64,000 nt of DNA, from contig OZ024750.1 in the NCBI GenBank assembly GCA_964016885.1, forward strand, positions 14,384,001-14,448,000, written 5' to 3'. This DNA comes from Eledone cirrhosa (taxonomy: Eukaryota). The notes below the pieces were generated by a model. It saw only the letters and a program-made list of their open reading frames with translations, had not been told where the DNA came from and made no database searches. The position numbers were made by a program, and so were the translations under genes. This document shows positions 23,464 to 37,759 of the stretch, piece after piece. Positions within the stretch are counted from its first letter, which is position 1. Every line of letters starts with the position of its first letter.

Positions 23464-25749
23464 GTAGATATTTAATTTTTTTTTTTTTTCAAAATGATTC
23501 AAAAATATTTTGTATAACATATACCTTACTTAAAAAAAAAGTGAAGGTTCATGACAGGAAGGACATCTGGCTGCAAGTTTCTGCCTAACCTATGCCTGTT
23601 TGGGAAAGGACAGCTGTAAAACAGGTAGCAGTGGTGATGATGATGATGATGTTTGCTCTTACCATTTAATCACGATACCTCCTGCTATTGTGACCAATCT
23701 CAAAACAATGCAACTCTCAGTTTTATTCCTCAACTTTCCTTCACTTTTATTTTCATTCTCCTCTCTCTCATTTGACAACCTCTTGCTTCTACAGCATCTT
23801 GTTTACGTAACAGCAAACAAAATCACACTGCTTATTATACTTTCATTATATTTTATACAAATTTTTAAAATGTCTTTGTATAATATCCCTGACCCATCCA
23901 CATTTTTCTATAACTGTCTTGTACATACCAACGTTTTCTGTAACCAGCATAATTTTCAATGATTCATGTAATTGTATGTATGAAAAATAATTTGTTATTG
24001 CCCCTGTGGCTAAATAAAAAAGAAATAATATTATTGGATGATGACTTGAACACAAGTGCTTCCTTCATTTCTAACTATTGACTAGTCTTTGATTTGGTTT
24101 TAACAAAGATTTTCTAGAATTTGGATGGCATTTTTACATGTATGCGTCATAAGGCAAGATTTTTGATTAATTTTTGTAAAAAAAAAACAAAAACAAAAAC
24201 AAAAAACCCCAGCAATTTTATGAACTTTTTGAATGATAATTTGGTTCAATTAGATTCATAATAGTATTGAGTCAGCAAAACAACACCAACTACAAAGGGA
24301 AGAACGTGAACATTTCAACAAACACAAAAAGTGCTTTGCAGTTAAATTTTTCAGACTTGGAGGGTTTTTATGTTATTCAGAAGAGACAGTTTATTAGGTA
24401 TTTCTGAAAACCAACTCCATGATAGCAATCTCATCCTTTTGATACCAAACCACTTAAACTGGCCTTACATTTATGTTACAAAACTGCTTTTTTTAAAGTG
24501 TTGATACTTATATATTAAAACCTTTTCTGAAGTAATGCTTCAAACAATTAGCTTAATAATGTTTGAAGTGAGTTATTTTACTAAATTCCTTCAAATTCTT
24601 ATTTTCACCATCAATTGAAACACACAAGAGATCTGGCAAATGTCTGAACTAATAAGTATGTATGCATGGTCCTGTAACTCTTGAAGTTGTCGGAGTGCCA
24701 TATGTTAATGCAGCATTTCTTAAGGTATTTTAAAACCTAGTGGAGCCCATCTCTCCAAGTTTGAATACTGCAGAGTTCTTCAAGAGAAGGATATAGAGTT
24801 AGAGAAAGATATATAGAGGAAGAATCAACCTCAGTATTTGACTGGTATTTATTTATCAACCTCAATTGGATGAAAGGCAAAGTTAACTTCAGCGAGATTT
24901 AAATTCAAAGAGCAGAGAGTCGGAATGAATACAGCAAAGCATTCTATTCAACATTCGAACAACTCTGCCAATTCGCCGCCTGGACTAATATGTATAGAAA
25001 TAGGTAAAATATATGGCATTGTGTTTGGTTTAAGAGATTGGAGATGAAGCATAGAGATAAAACAGAGACAGAACATCCACTCTTAAGTTTGTGCCCCAGT
25101 TCATAGGGCAGTAGGACTGACCCCTGGCTCATCATTGGCTGCGTAAAGCAATAAGACAGACAGTGCAAGGCAAAAAACTCAGCTGTTTTGTGATAGTAAA
25201 AGTTATTTGAGAGCTTTCTGTCCTGAGGAGAAAGAGAAGATGAATGAGCCGGTTCCAGAGAATACTGCTATAACACTAGTTGCAGCTCCAAGGATACCCA
25301 GTAAATCTACGTCATCCTCAGTCCCAGAAGTAAAAGATACTGGAACAATGTATGGATGCACAAGAAGTTGGGAGATTAAAGCACCAGGAAAATGTTAGTC
25401 ATAAGGAGCAAAAAAAAAAAAAAAAGGTATAAAGCACTTTTGTTCAGAAGACATGAGTCTTTTCAAGAGGAACCCACAAAAGAAATACTTGCAGAAATGT
25501 GATGTGTTATGACTTGACTATTAATAGATTCTCGCTTATGAGTGGGTGGGTAACAAAAAGTGTTTTTCATATTGTTAATTATTGTTTAATATTTTTATAT
25601 TTGTTTCATTAAATTTTTACTCAGTCTATTGTATAACTTCCGTCCACTACCCTTCTTTTTATTTCAACTTTGTTCCTCCATCCCTGTATGTATTGTAACC
25701 TTACCTCGATAATGTTTATTGTTATATATGTGAGTCCTTGTAGTTAAAT

Positions 25750-26440
25750 GAAATTGAGTTCAAATTCCACTGAGGTCAACTTTGCCTTTCATCCTTCCAG
25801 GGTCGATAAAATAAAGAACCAGTCAAGAGTTGACTTAATCGACTTTCTCCTTCGAGAGTTGATAAAATAAAGTACCATTCTGGGGTTGATTTCATCGACT
25901 TTCCCCTCACTCCAAATTAGTGGCCCTGTATCTAAATTAGAAACCATTATTATTATTATTTCAAATCCCGCCGAGGTTAACTTTGCCTTTCATCCTTACG
26001 GGGTCGATAAAATAAAGTACCAGTAATGTACTGGGTAATTGCTGGCCTTGTGCCTAAAGTAGAAACAATTATTATTATTATTAGATATTCCAGCATAATT
26101 ACGTCCCTTCACAGTCTCAGTTCAAATCCCGCCGAGGTTAACTTTGCCTTTCATCCTTACATGGTCGATAAAATAAAGTACCAGTAATGCACTGGGATAA
26201 TTGCTGGCCTTGTGACAAAAGTAGAAGCAATTATTATTATTAGATATCTAGGCCAATATCTAACTCCTTTTGCAATGGATTGACAGTCATTAGAGCAGAT
26301 TTGTTGAGGCTCTTTATATCTGAGTTTAAAACATCTTTCCAGGATCGATAAAATAAAACAGTCAAGTACTGGGATCAATATAATCAGTTAATGTCTATTC
26401 CAAGATTTGGAGCCTTATACTTTTGTCAGAAGCTGTTATT
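25750..26440 (+). mobile_element. Head-to-tail cluster of 3-4 SINE copies (45478 family)
   Basis: The core ttcaaatcc...tttgcctttcatcctt...gtcgataaaataaag recurs at about 25760, 25960, 26120 and, degraded, 26330. Confidence 0.85.
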
Positions 26441-26699
26441 TTATACACTCGTATGAAATGTATGTGGAAATTAGTTCAATTATAAGAGGTGAACTCACAT
26501 TCCTTACTTTGTAATGACACCAAGTGAAAAGGCAGAATTTCTACCTTCATCACACTATATTTAACATGTCGTATATATTATTGAACTTAAAAGCCAGCCC
26601 GATATCAAAATAGTAGCTAATTATTCAGTTATAAACCGAATTCCAAGCATTACATTAGCTATTGGAAATCATTTACTTTTTATATTTAATAATTAATAT

Positions 26700-29600
26700 A
26701 GTTTTTATTTGAGTAGACATTGTCAAACCAACATACCTACATACTGGTGTTGTGTGTGAACTCTTAACAGACATAGCCAACCAACATACCTACATACTGT
26801 GTTAGTGTGGTGTGGGAACTTAGTAGACATAGCCAACCCACATACCTACATACTGTGTTAGTGTGGGAACTTAGTAGACATAGCCAACCAACATACTGTG
26901 TTAGTGTGGTGTGGGAACTTAGTAGACATAGCCAACCCACATACCTACATACTGTGTTAGTGTGGGAACTTAGTAGACATAGCCAACCAACATACCTACA
27001 TACTGTGTTAGTGTGGGAACTTAGTAGACATAGCCAACCAACATACCTACATACTGTGTTAGTGTGGTGTGGAACTTAGTAGACATAGCCAACCCACATA
27101 CCTACATACTGTGTTAGTGTGGGAACTTAGTAGACATAGCCAACCAACATACCTACATACTGTGTTAGTGTGGGAACTTAGTAGACATAGCCAACCAACA
27201 TACCTACATACTGTGTTAGTGTGGTGTGGTGTGGAACTTAGTAGACATAGCCAACCCACATACCTACATACTGTGTTAGTGTGGGAACTTAGTAGACATA
27301 GCCAACCAACATACCTACATACTGTGTTAGTGTGGGAACTTAGTAGACATAGCCAACCTACATACCTACATACTGTGTTAGTGTGGTGTGGTGTGGAACT
27401 TAGTAGACATAGCCAACCAACATACCTACATACTGTGTTAGTGTGGTGTGGAACTTAGTAGACATAGCCAACCAACATACCTACATACTGTGTTAGTGTG
27501 GTGTGGAACTTAGTAGACATAGCCAACCAACATACCTACATACTGTGTTAGTGTGGTGTGGAACTTAGTAGACATAGCCAACCCACATACCTACATACTG
27601 TGTTAGTGTGGGAACTTAGTAGACATAGCCAACCAACATACCTACATACTGTGTTAGTGTGGTGTGGAACTTAGTAGACATAGCCAACCAACATACCTAC
27701 ATACTGTGTTAGTGTGGTGTGGAACTTGGTAGACATAGCCAACCCACATACCTACATACTGTGTTAGTGTGGGAACTTAGTAGACATAGCCAACCAACAT
27801 ACCTACATACTGTGTTAGTGTGGGAACTTAGTAGACATAGCCAACCAACATACCTACATACTGTGTTAGTGTGGGAACTTAGTAGACATAGCCAACCCAC
27901 ATACCTACATACTGTGTTAGTGTGGTGTGGTGTGGAACTTAGTAGACATAGCCAACCCACATACCTACATACTGTGTTAGTGTGGGAACTTAGTAGACAT
28001 AGCCAACCAACATACCTACATACTGTGTTAGTGTGGGAACTTAGTAGACATAGCCAACCTACATACCTACATACTGTGTTAGTGTGGTGTGGTGTGGAAC
28101 TTAGTAGACATAGCCAACCAACATACCTACATACTGTGTTAGTGTGGTGTGGAACTTAGTAGACATAGCCAACCAACATACCTACATACTGTGTTAGTGT
28201 GGTGTGGAACTTAGTAGACATAGCCAACCCACATACCTACATACTGTGTTAGTGTGGTGTGGAACTTAGTAGACATAGCCAACCAACATACCTACATACT
28301 GTGTTAGTGTGGTGTGGAACTTAGTAGACATAGCCAACCAACATACCTACATACTGTGTTAGTGTGGTGTGGAACTTGGTAGACATAGCCAACCCACATA
28401 CCTACATACTGTGTTAGTGTGGGAACTTAGTAGACATAGCCAACCAACATACCTACATACTGTGTTAGTGTGGGAACTTAGTAGACATAGCCAACCAACA
28501 TACCTACATACTGTGTTAGTGTGGTGTGGAACTTAGTAGACATAGCCAACCCACATACCTACATACTGTGTTAGTGTGGGAACTTAGTAGACATAGCCAA
28601 CCTACATACCTACATACTGTGTTAGTGTGGGAACTTAGTAGACATAGCCAACCAACATACCTACATACTGTGTTAGTGTGGGAACTTAGTAGACATAGCC
28701 AACCCACATACCTACATACTGTGTTAGTGAGGTGTGGAACTTAGTAGACATAGCCAACCTACATACCTACATACTGTGTTAGTGTGGGAACTTAGTAGAC
28801 ATAGCCAACCCACATACCTACATACTGTGTTAGTGTGGTGTGGAACTTAGTAGACATAGCCAACCAACATACCTACATACTGTGTTAGTGTGGTGTGGAA
28901 CTTAGTAGACATAGCCAACCCACATACCTACATACTGTGTTAGTGTGGTGTGGAACTTAGTAGACATAGCCAACCCACATACCTACATACTGTGTTAGTG
29001 TGGTGTGGAACTTAGTAGACATAGCCAACCAACATACCTACATACTGTGTTAGTGTGGTGTGGAACTTAGTAGACATAGCCAACCAACATACCTACATAC
29101 TGTGTTAGTGTGGTGTGGAACTTAGTAGACATAGCCAACCAACATACCTACATACTGTGTTAGTGTGGTGTGGGACTTAGTAGACATAGCCAACCCACAT
29201 ACCTACATACTGTGTTAGTGTGGGAACTTAGTAGACATAGCCAACCTACATACCTACATACTGTGTTAGTGTGGTGTGGAACTTAGTAGACATAGCCAAC
29301 CAACATACCTACATACTGTGTTAGTGTGGTGTGGAACTTAGTAGACATAGCCAACCAACATACCTACATACTGTGTTAGTGTGGTGTGGAACTTAGTAGA
29401 CATAGCCAACCAACATACCTACATACTGTGTTAGTGAGGTGTGGGACTTAGTAGACATAGCCAACCCACATACCTACATACTGTGTTAGTGTGGGAACTT
29501 AGTAGACATAGCCAACCTACATACCTACATACTGTGTTAGTGTGGTGTGGAACTTAGTAGACATAGCCAACCCACATACCTACATACTGTGTTAGTGTGG

Positions 29601-32600
29601 TGTGGAACTTAGTAGACATAGCCAACCCACATACCTACATACTGTGTTAGTGTGGTGTGGGACTTAGTAGACATAGCCAACCCACATACCTACATACTGT
29701 GTTAGTGTGGGAACTTAGTAGACATAGCCAACCTACATACCTACATACTGTGTTAGTGTGGTGTGGAACTTAGTAGACATAGCCAACCAACATACCTACA
29801 TACTGTGTTAGTGTGGTGTGGAACTTAGTAGACATAGCCAACCAACATACCTACATACTGTGTTAGTGAGGTGTGGGACTTAGTAGACATAGCCAACCCA
29901 CATACCTACATACTGTGTTAGTGTGGGAACTTAGTAGACATAGCCAACCTACATACCTACATACTGTGTTAGTGTGGTGTGGAACTTAGTAGACATAGCC
30001 AACCCACATACCTACATACTGTGTTAGTGTGGTGTGGGAACTTAGTAGACATAGCCAACCTACATACCTACATACTGTGTTAGTGTGGGAACTTAGTAGA
30101 CATAGCCAACCAACATACCTACATACTGTGTTAGTGTGGGAACTTAGTAGACATAGCCAACCAACATACCTACATACTGTGTTAGTGTGGTGTGGAACTT
30201 AGTAGACATAGCCAACCCACATACCTACATACTGTGTTAGTGTGGGGAACTTAGTAGACATAGCCAACCTACATACCTACATACTGTGTTAGTGTGGGAA
30301 CTTAGTAGACATAGCCAACCCACATACCTACATACTGTGTTAGTGTGGTGTGGAACTTAGTAGACATAGCCAACCAACATACCTACATACTGTGTTAGTG
30401 TGGTGTGGAACTTAGTAGACATAGCCAACCCACATACCTACATACTGTGTTAGTGTGGTGTGGAACTTAGTAGACATAGCCAACCCACATACCTACATAC
30501 TGTGTTAGTGTGGTGTGGAACTTAGTAGACATAGCCAACCAACATACCTACATACTGTGTTAGTGTGGTGTGGAACTTAGTAGACATAGCCAACCAACAT
30601 ACCTACATACTGTGTTAGTGTGGTGTGGAACTTAGTAGACATAGCCAACCAACATACCTACATACTGTGTTAGTGTGGTGTGGGACTTAGTAGACATAGC
30701 CAACCCACATACCTACATACTGTGTTAGTGTGGGAACTTAGTAGACATAGCCAACCTACATACCTACATACTGTGTTAGTGTGGTGTGGAACTTAGTAGA
30801 CATAGCCAACCAACATACCTACATACTGTGTTAGTGTGGTGTGGAACTTAGTAGACATAGCCAACCAACATACCTACATACTGTGTTAGTGTGGTGTGGA
30901 ACTTAGTAGACATAGCCAACCAACATACCTACATACTGTGTTAGTGAGGTGTGGGACTTAGTAGACATAGCCAACCCACATACCTACATACTGTGTTAGT
31001 GGTGGGAACTTAGTAGACATAGCCAACCTACATACCTACATACTGTGTTAGTGTGGTGTGGAACTTAGTAGACATAGCCAACCCACATACCTACATACTG
31101 TGTTAGTGTGGTGTGGAACTTAGTAGACATAGCCAACCCACATACCTACATACTGTGTTAGTGTGGTGTGGAACTTAGTAGACATAGCCAACCCACATAC
31201 CTACATACTGTGTTAGTGTGGTGTGGGACTTAGTAGACATAGCCAACCCACATACCTACATACTGTGTTAGTGTGGGAACTTAGTAGACATAGCCAACCT
31301 ACATACCTACATACTGTGTTAGTGTGGTGTGGAACTTAGTAGACATAGCCAACCCACATACCTACATACTGTGTTAGTGTGGTGTGGAACTTAGTAGACA
31401 TAGCCAACCAACATACCTACATACTGTGTTAGTGAGGTGTGGGACTTAGTAGACATAGCCAACCAACATACCTACATACTGTGTTAGTGTGGTGTGGAAC
31501 TTAGTAGACATAGCCAACCAACATACCTACATACTGTGTTAGTGAGGTGTGGGACTTAGTAGACATAGCCAACCCACATACCTACATACTGTGTTAGTGT
31601 GGTGTGGAACTTAGTAGACATAGCCAACCCACATACCTACATACTGTGTTAGTGTGGTGTGGGAACTTAGTAGACATAGCCAACCTACATACCTACATAC
31701 TGTGTTAGTGTGGGAACTTAGTAGACATAGCCAACCTACATACCTACATACTGTGTTAGTGTGGTGTGGAACTTAGTAGACATAGCCAACCCACATACCT
31801 ACATACTGTGTTAGTGTGGTGTGGGAACTTAGTAGACATAGCCAACCTACATACCTACATACTGTGTTAGTGTGGGAACTTAGTAGACATAGCCAACCAA
31901 CATACCTACATACTGTGTTAGTGTGGTGTGGGAACTTAGTAGACATAGCCAACCTACATACCTACATACTGTGTTAGTGTGGGAACTTAGTAGACATAGC
32001 CAACCAACATACCTACATACTGTGTTAGTGTGGTGTGGAACTTAGTAGACATAGCCAACCCACATACCTACATACTGTGTTAGTGTGGGAACTTAGTAGA
32101 CATAGCCAACCCACATACCTACATACTGTGTTAGTGTGGGAACTTAGTAGACATAGCCAACCCACATACCTACATACTGTGTTAGTGTGGTGTGGAACTT
32201 AGTAGACATAGCCAACCAACATACCTACATACTGTGTTAGTGTGGTGTGGAACTTAGTAGACATAGCCAACCAACATACCTACATACTGTGTTAGTGTGG
32301 TGTGGAACTTAGTAGACATAGCCAACCAACATACCTACATACTGTGTTAGTGTGGTGTGGAACTTAGTAGACATAGCCAACCACATACCTACATACTGTG
32401 TTAGTGTGGTGTGGAACTTAGTAGACATAGCCAACCAACATACCTACATACTGTGTTAGTGTGGTGTGGAACTTAGTAGACATAGCCAACCCACATACCT
32501 ACATACTGTGTTAGTGTGGTGTGGAACTTAGTAGACATAGCCAACCAACATACCTACATACTGTGTTAGTGTGGTGTGGAACTTAGTAGACATAGCCAAC

Positions 32601-33770
32601 CAACATACCTACATACTGTGTTAGTGTGGTGTGGAACTTAGTAGACATAGCCAACCCACATACCTACATACTGTGTTAGTGTGGTGTGGAACTTAGTAGA
32701 CATAGCCAACCCACATACCTACATACTGTGTTAGTGTGGTGTGGAACTTAGTAGACATAGCCACCCAACCTACATACTGTGTTAGTGTGGTGTGGAACTT
32801 AGTAGACATAGCCAACCCACATACCTACATACTGTGTTAGTGTGGGTGGAACTTAGTAGACATAGCCAACCCACATACCTACATACTGTGTTAGTGTGTG
32901 GGAACTTAGTAGACATAGCCAACCCACATACCTACATACTGTGTTAGTGTGGTGTGGAACTTAGTAGACATAGCCAACCAACATACCTACATACTGTGTT
33001 AGTGTGGGAACTTAGTAGACATAGCCAACCCACATACCTACATACTGTGTTAGTGTGGGAACTTAGTAGACATAGCCAACCCACATACCTACATACTGTG
33101 TTAGTGTGGTGTGGAACTTAGTAGACATAGCCAACCCACATACCTACATACTGTGTTAGTGTGGGAACTTAGTAGACATAGCCAACCCACATACCTACAT
33201 ACTGTGTTAGTGTGGTGGAACTTAGTAGACATAGCCAACCCACATACCTACATACTGTGTTAGTGTGTGTGAACTTAGTAGACATAGCCAACCCACATAC
33301 CTACATACTGTGTTAGTGTGGTGTGGAACTTAGTAGACATAGCCAACCCACATACCTACATATTGTGTTAGTGTGGTGTGGAACTTAGTAGACATAGCCA
33401 ACCCACATACCTACATACTGTGTTAGTGTGGTGTGGAACTTAGTAGACATAGCCAACCCACATACCTACATACTGTGTTAGTGTGGTGTGGAACTTAGTA
33501 GACATAGCCAACCCACATACCTACATATTGTGTTAGTGTGGTGTGGAACTTAGTAGACATAGCCAACCCACATACCTACATACTGTGTTAGTGTGGTGTG
33601 GAACTTAGTAGACATAGCCAACCCACATACCTACATACTGTGTTAGTGTGGTGTGGAACTTAGTAGACATAGCCAACCCACATACCTACATACTGTGTTA
33701 GTGTGGTGTGGAACTTAGTAGACATAGCCAACCCACATACCTACACACAGGTGTTGGTGTGTGAACTCTT
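26700..33770. repeat. ~7-kb satellite of 51/55-bp units (roughly 130 copies)
   Basis: ggaacttagtagacatagccaacc(a/c/t)acatacctacatactgtgttagtgtg(gtgt) repeated head to tail; degenerate copies continue to about 34100. Confidence 0.98.
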
Positions 33771-35493
33771 GATTACAGTCTACCCACATACCTACACACC
33801 CGTTGGTGTGTGGTCTGTAGTGTGTAGTCTTAATTACACTACCTACCCACATATACACATGTTGGCGTGTAAACTCTTGATTACATATCTCTACAGAAAT
33901 TGATGTGTAGTAGCTATCGATTACTCTACCTACACACATATCTCTCTCTACAGACAGATGTGTGTGAACTCTTCATTACACTACTTACCTACATACCAAT
34001 ACACAGGTGTGTGGTGAGTGTACTCTCTTGATTACACTCCCTGGCCACAAAACAGTGTCTCTCTCTACACACACATACAGGGATGTGTTGGTGTGTATGT
34101 GTATTGTTATATTGTACTCCAATGGTTAGAATATTGAATAGACGCACATAAAACATACGATTAAAAGAAAAATGGCCTCGGAAGGAATTCTTTATCGTTG
34201 TTTAGAAATCAGGTAAGTTATCGATGAAAAGAAAACAAGATTTTAATGGAATATAGATTTAAATAAAACTATATTTTCGTAAGAATAATATAACTACCAT
34301 AACCATTATGTCGTTCGTTCGGCATGTATTACTTCAGGGATTCTAATACTAAGTCTGACTATGATTCCATAAACAGCAGTGCCAGAATTGTCCCCTAATA
34401 CAAATATATGTAAATTTGGGGAGCTGTACTTGGGAGTTACTCAATATTTACACAACGTTCCACCCCTCCAAAAATCACCTCTGACTCAACACGTTTGGCC
34501 TGGTCCACCAGAAAGACATTTAACCCACTGACCTGACCTTTTTTGAAGAGTTTGTGTGTGAAAACCCCACGCACGTTAACGGAAATGTGTACGTGTAAAG
34601 AATGAAGGAGAAAATAAAGAAATACAATGAACCTTAAAACAAATAACGTCTAGTTATGAGTAATTTAAACAATTATTGCCTTGACAATAGTTAAAAAGTG
34701 GTCAACTTCGACAATTATTCTTTCTCTATCGAAAACTTTCAGCTTCTCTACTATTCACTCTTTACATTGATGTTTAAACATTAAACATGTCAAATATATA
34801 GGCATCTGTATATAGCCACACATACACATTACAAATAATATATATCATTTAATGCTCGGTGTTTACGTCTATCTTTCTCTTTCTTTTACTTTAAAATATT
34901 TATATCTTCCACCTATAATTACATAAACACTTTGAGCTTTGGACAAAATTAGTGGCATTTATATACTATCCTATATATATATAATATAATATATATATAT
35001 ATATATATATAAGTAGAAGGGATATTTAATTTGTTGGAAATTCAAATATAAATGTTTATAACTGATTCAGAGCACTCGATAAGTTCTGGAGTAAATATTC
35101 AATGATATTAAATAAATGGAAACTATATTTATAAAACCATATTTATTCTATTATATATATTTCAAGGGTACCAAAAACTTTGGTACGCTTTCCTTGGCTA
35201 TGTCAAAATTTATAAAACACTTTGTATTTTATCTGATGGGAGAAGGCGGGGGGAAAGGGGGGGGGGGGGAAGCGTACAAAGGAATAAATATGGTTTTATA
35301 AATATAATTTCCATTTATTTAATATTGTGCATGTATATATATATATATATATCGTTTGTGTTTATGTGTCAGTGTATGTGTATATATATATATATATATA
35401 CATATATATATCGTTTGTGTTTATGTGTCAGTGTATGTGTATATATATAAGGTGAAACAATTGTTCTCGGTATGGTGAACTATGTGTAACTAC

Positions 35494-35527
<34 letters not shown>

Positions 35528-36229
35528 GGATATAGTGTTTGGGTTTAGATACACTGACATAAATATAAATACATGTAAAAAAAAATTAAGATCCACCAGA
35601 GATTTATACTAAAAGATGTTCAAATTTCCGAAGAGAAAATATTCAGTATTTTATTTCCGTGATAGAGTTATAAGCAATTAATTTTTATTTTATTGCATGT
35701 GTTAAAATAAAACTATAGACTGAAGATAAAAGGGGGTGTGAAAAGGGGAACCAAAAAAAGATATTTTCATTCTGTAAAAATTATAAAGAATTTGTAATGT
35801 TATTTATAGAAATGTGAATAAAATTTCCTCCGTTTAAAAGTATTATTATGTTGAAGAAGGAGCGATATATGTTGGTGGTTGTGGTTGTTTGTCTAAATGT
35901 AAATATACTTACAACTACTGCTAAACATTCCTATAGATACAGCTGAGCTGAGAAATCAGTCATTTCTTACATAGCAGCATATAACATGGCATAAATCTAT
36001 TAATGACCATTGATCCATTAAATATATTAATGAATATACGGAGATTCCTTTCTAAATAACATATAAACATGGCTCTGTTTATGATTAACACGTCTGTTAA
36101 ATGAAGTGTTTCATAGAAACATAACATAACATAACATAACATAAAGCTTCGTCAAGTTATTCAATGTAACTACAATGTTGAGTGGATAAACGATTATTAC
36201 ATGTTAACCACTTCAAACAGATTATTTTA

Positions 36230-37600
36230 GACGAATCGACATAAGAAAGCTTTATCAAACAACCGCCGAGTCACGCCCCTAGAGTTACTAAAAATAGAAC
36301 AGAATAGACGAATATTTTTCTATTGTAATAAAATATTATTTCTCCATTCGACTTTAGGAACAATTGAAGAGAAATGGGTGGAGAAAAATGGCGACCAGGG
36401 ATCATTTTAATAACGACTTCGTCCCCCAAAATATTAATAATATCCATGCTATGAGTATCCCGTCTTCAACACCACAGCATGAGATATATAAATACTATCT
36501 ATATATATATATATGGACTTGGCTGTTATCCAAAGATGAAAGGGAAAGTTTCGTTGACAGGAAAATAAAATAAAATAAGTTTTTACAAACCTTAAACATA
36601 GAATTAGAAAACTTGACAGTGATATATATAAATTACATATATATATATATAAATATATATAGCAAGAGGATAAAAAAATATGATAGAAATATTTGCATGT
36701 GTTTACCTGTGAAATTGTAGACATGACTGACTAGATCATAGAGAGACGTTGCGATTGATGAGAGGAAATACTTTGATAAGGTATGAAGAATCCGTCGGTA
36801 ATAAAATGATTCCAAATAAACGGAGTGTATCAAAATTTGCAGCAAGGATCACAAACAATATTCCAAAGTAAAAAAAACAAGGGACATCGAAAATAAAAGG
36901 TGCATACCCTGGTCACGGGATAATGAAGTGGAAGCTGCTGTAAAACAGTTCAATATTGGAAATGGGGGAGGAAGGAGGTCTGAGGTTTCCAGAGAAAATG
37001 GTAAACCGAAGAATCGTGGGATTACATCCCGAATGATTTTTTTTTTTTTTTTTTTTTTTTTTAGTTAAAGAAATATGAGTCGTCTGTTGATATCACAAGT
37101 GTTGTTTCTCAAATGGAAGATTTTCAGTATTAGTAAAATCCATGTGAGACATGAATATTATTAATATTATTAAAAAGAAATAATAATAATAATAATAATT
37201 ATTATTATTATTACTACAACAACACCGTAGTTTTTGGACACCTTTAAAAATAAATGTGCAGCTTTCAGGAAAAAGCTGATATATATTTATATAGATAGAT
37301 GTGTGTTAAAGAATGGCAAGTGGGCGTATTGTATGAAAGGAGTATAGTGAAATGGTCAAGTTAAGTTGGTTTTAGACTGTGTAAGAAAGAGATAAAGAGT
37401 CGCTAGTATCCAAATAAAATAATATTGCCAGGTAATTATTTTGTTCCGAGCTTCCGGCGTCTTGTCAGCTTCCGAGAAAACCGTCTCTTCCCAATAAGAA
37501 GAAACTACAAAACCGATTGTCTGTTGTTTATCTTCAATATCTTTAGACAAGGGTCCCATATGGAGTTTGTTGTTTTTGTAAGTTTTTGGTATTTAAATAA
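36230..37600. promoter_or_regulatory. Candidate (bidirectional) promoter region
   Basis: Unique sequence with more CpG than its flanks, an ETS-like cttccgg at about 37451, a YY1-like aaaatggcg at about 36385, and divergent ATG+donor micro-exons at 36724 (-) and 37560 (+). Confidence 0.4.
36707..36724 (-). CDS. RAB3IP: Candidate first coding micro-exon of Rabin8 (MSTISQ)
   Basis: ATG TCT ACA ATT TCA CAG|gtaaac, phase 0, compatible with exon 12826-12962; lies in a unique, relatively CpG-containing region. Inference only. Confidence 0.45.
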
Positions 37601-37759
37601 GGTCTTGTCTGTGTCTGCAGGATCAGTTCACATTAAATGTGACTGCTGGTTTGCTTTCCCAACCTAACTTGCACTTTAACAATGATGTTGAGATAAGCAA
37701 CACTGACAACCAGAGTGAATGTCAACTCTTCTTTGAGAGTCTATCACAGCCCCGTGGCG

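Noticed and set aside
25240-25490. Faint resemblance to a decayed ribosomal protein L34 retrocopy (CYNTS..., KRYKALLFR...)
   Set aside because: It needs several frameshifts and the similarity is too weak to support by eye; TBLASTN would be required.
26700-33770. CRISPR-like regular array
   Set aside because: The units are contiguous with no unique spacers, there are no cas genes, and the context is eukaryotic; it is a satellite.
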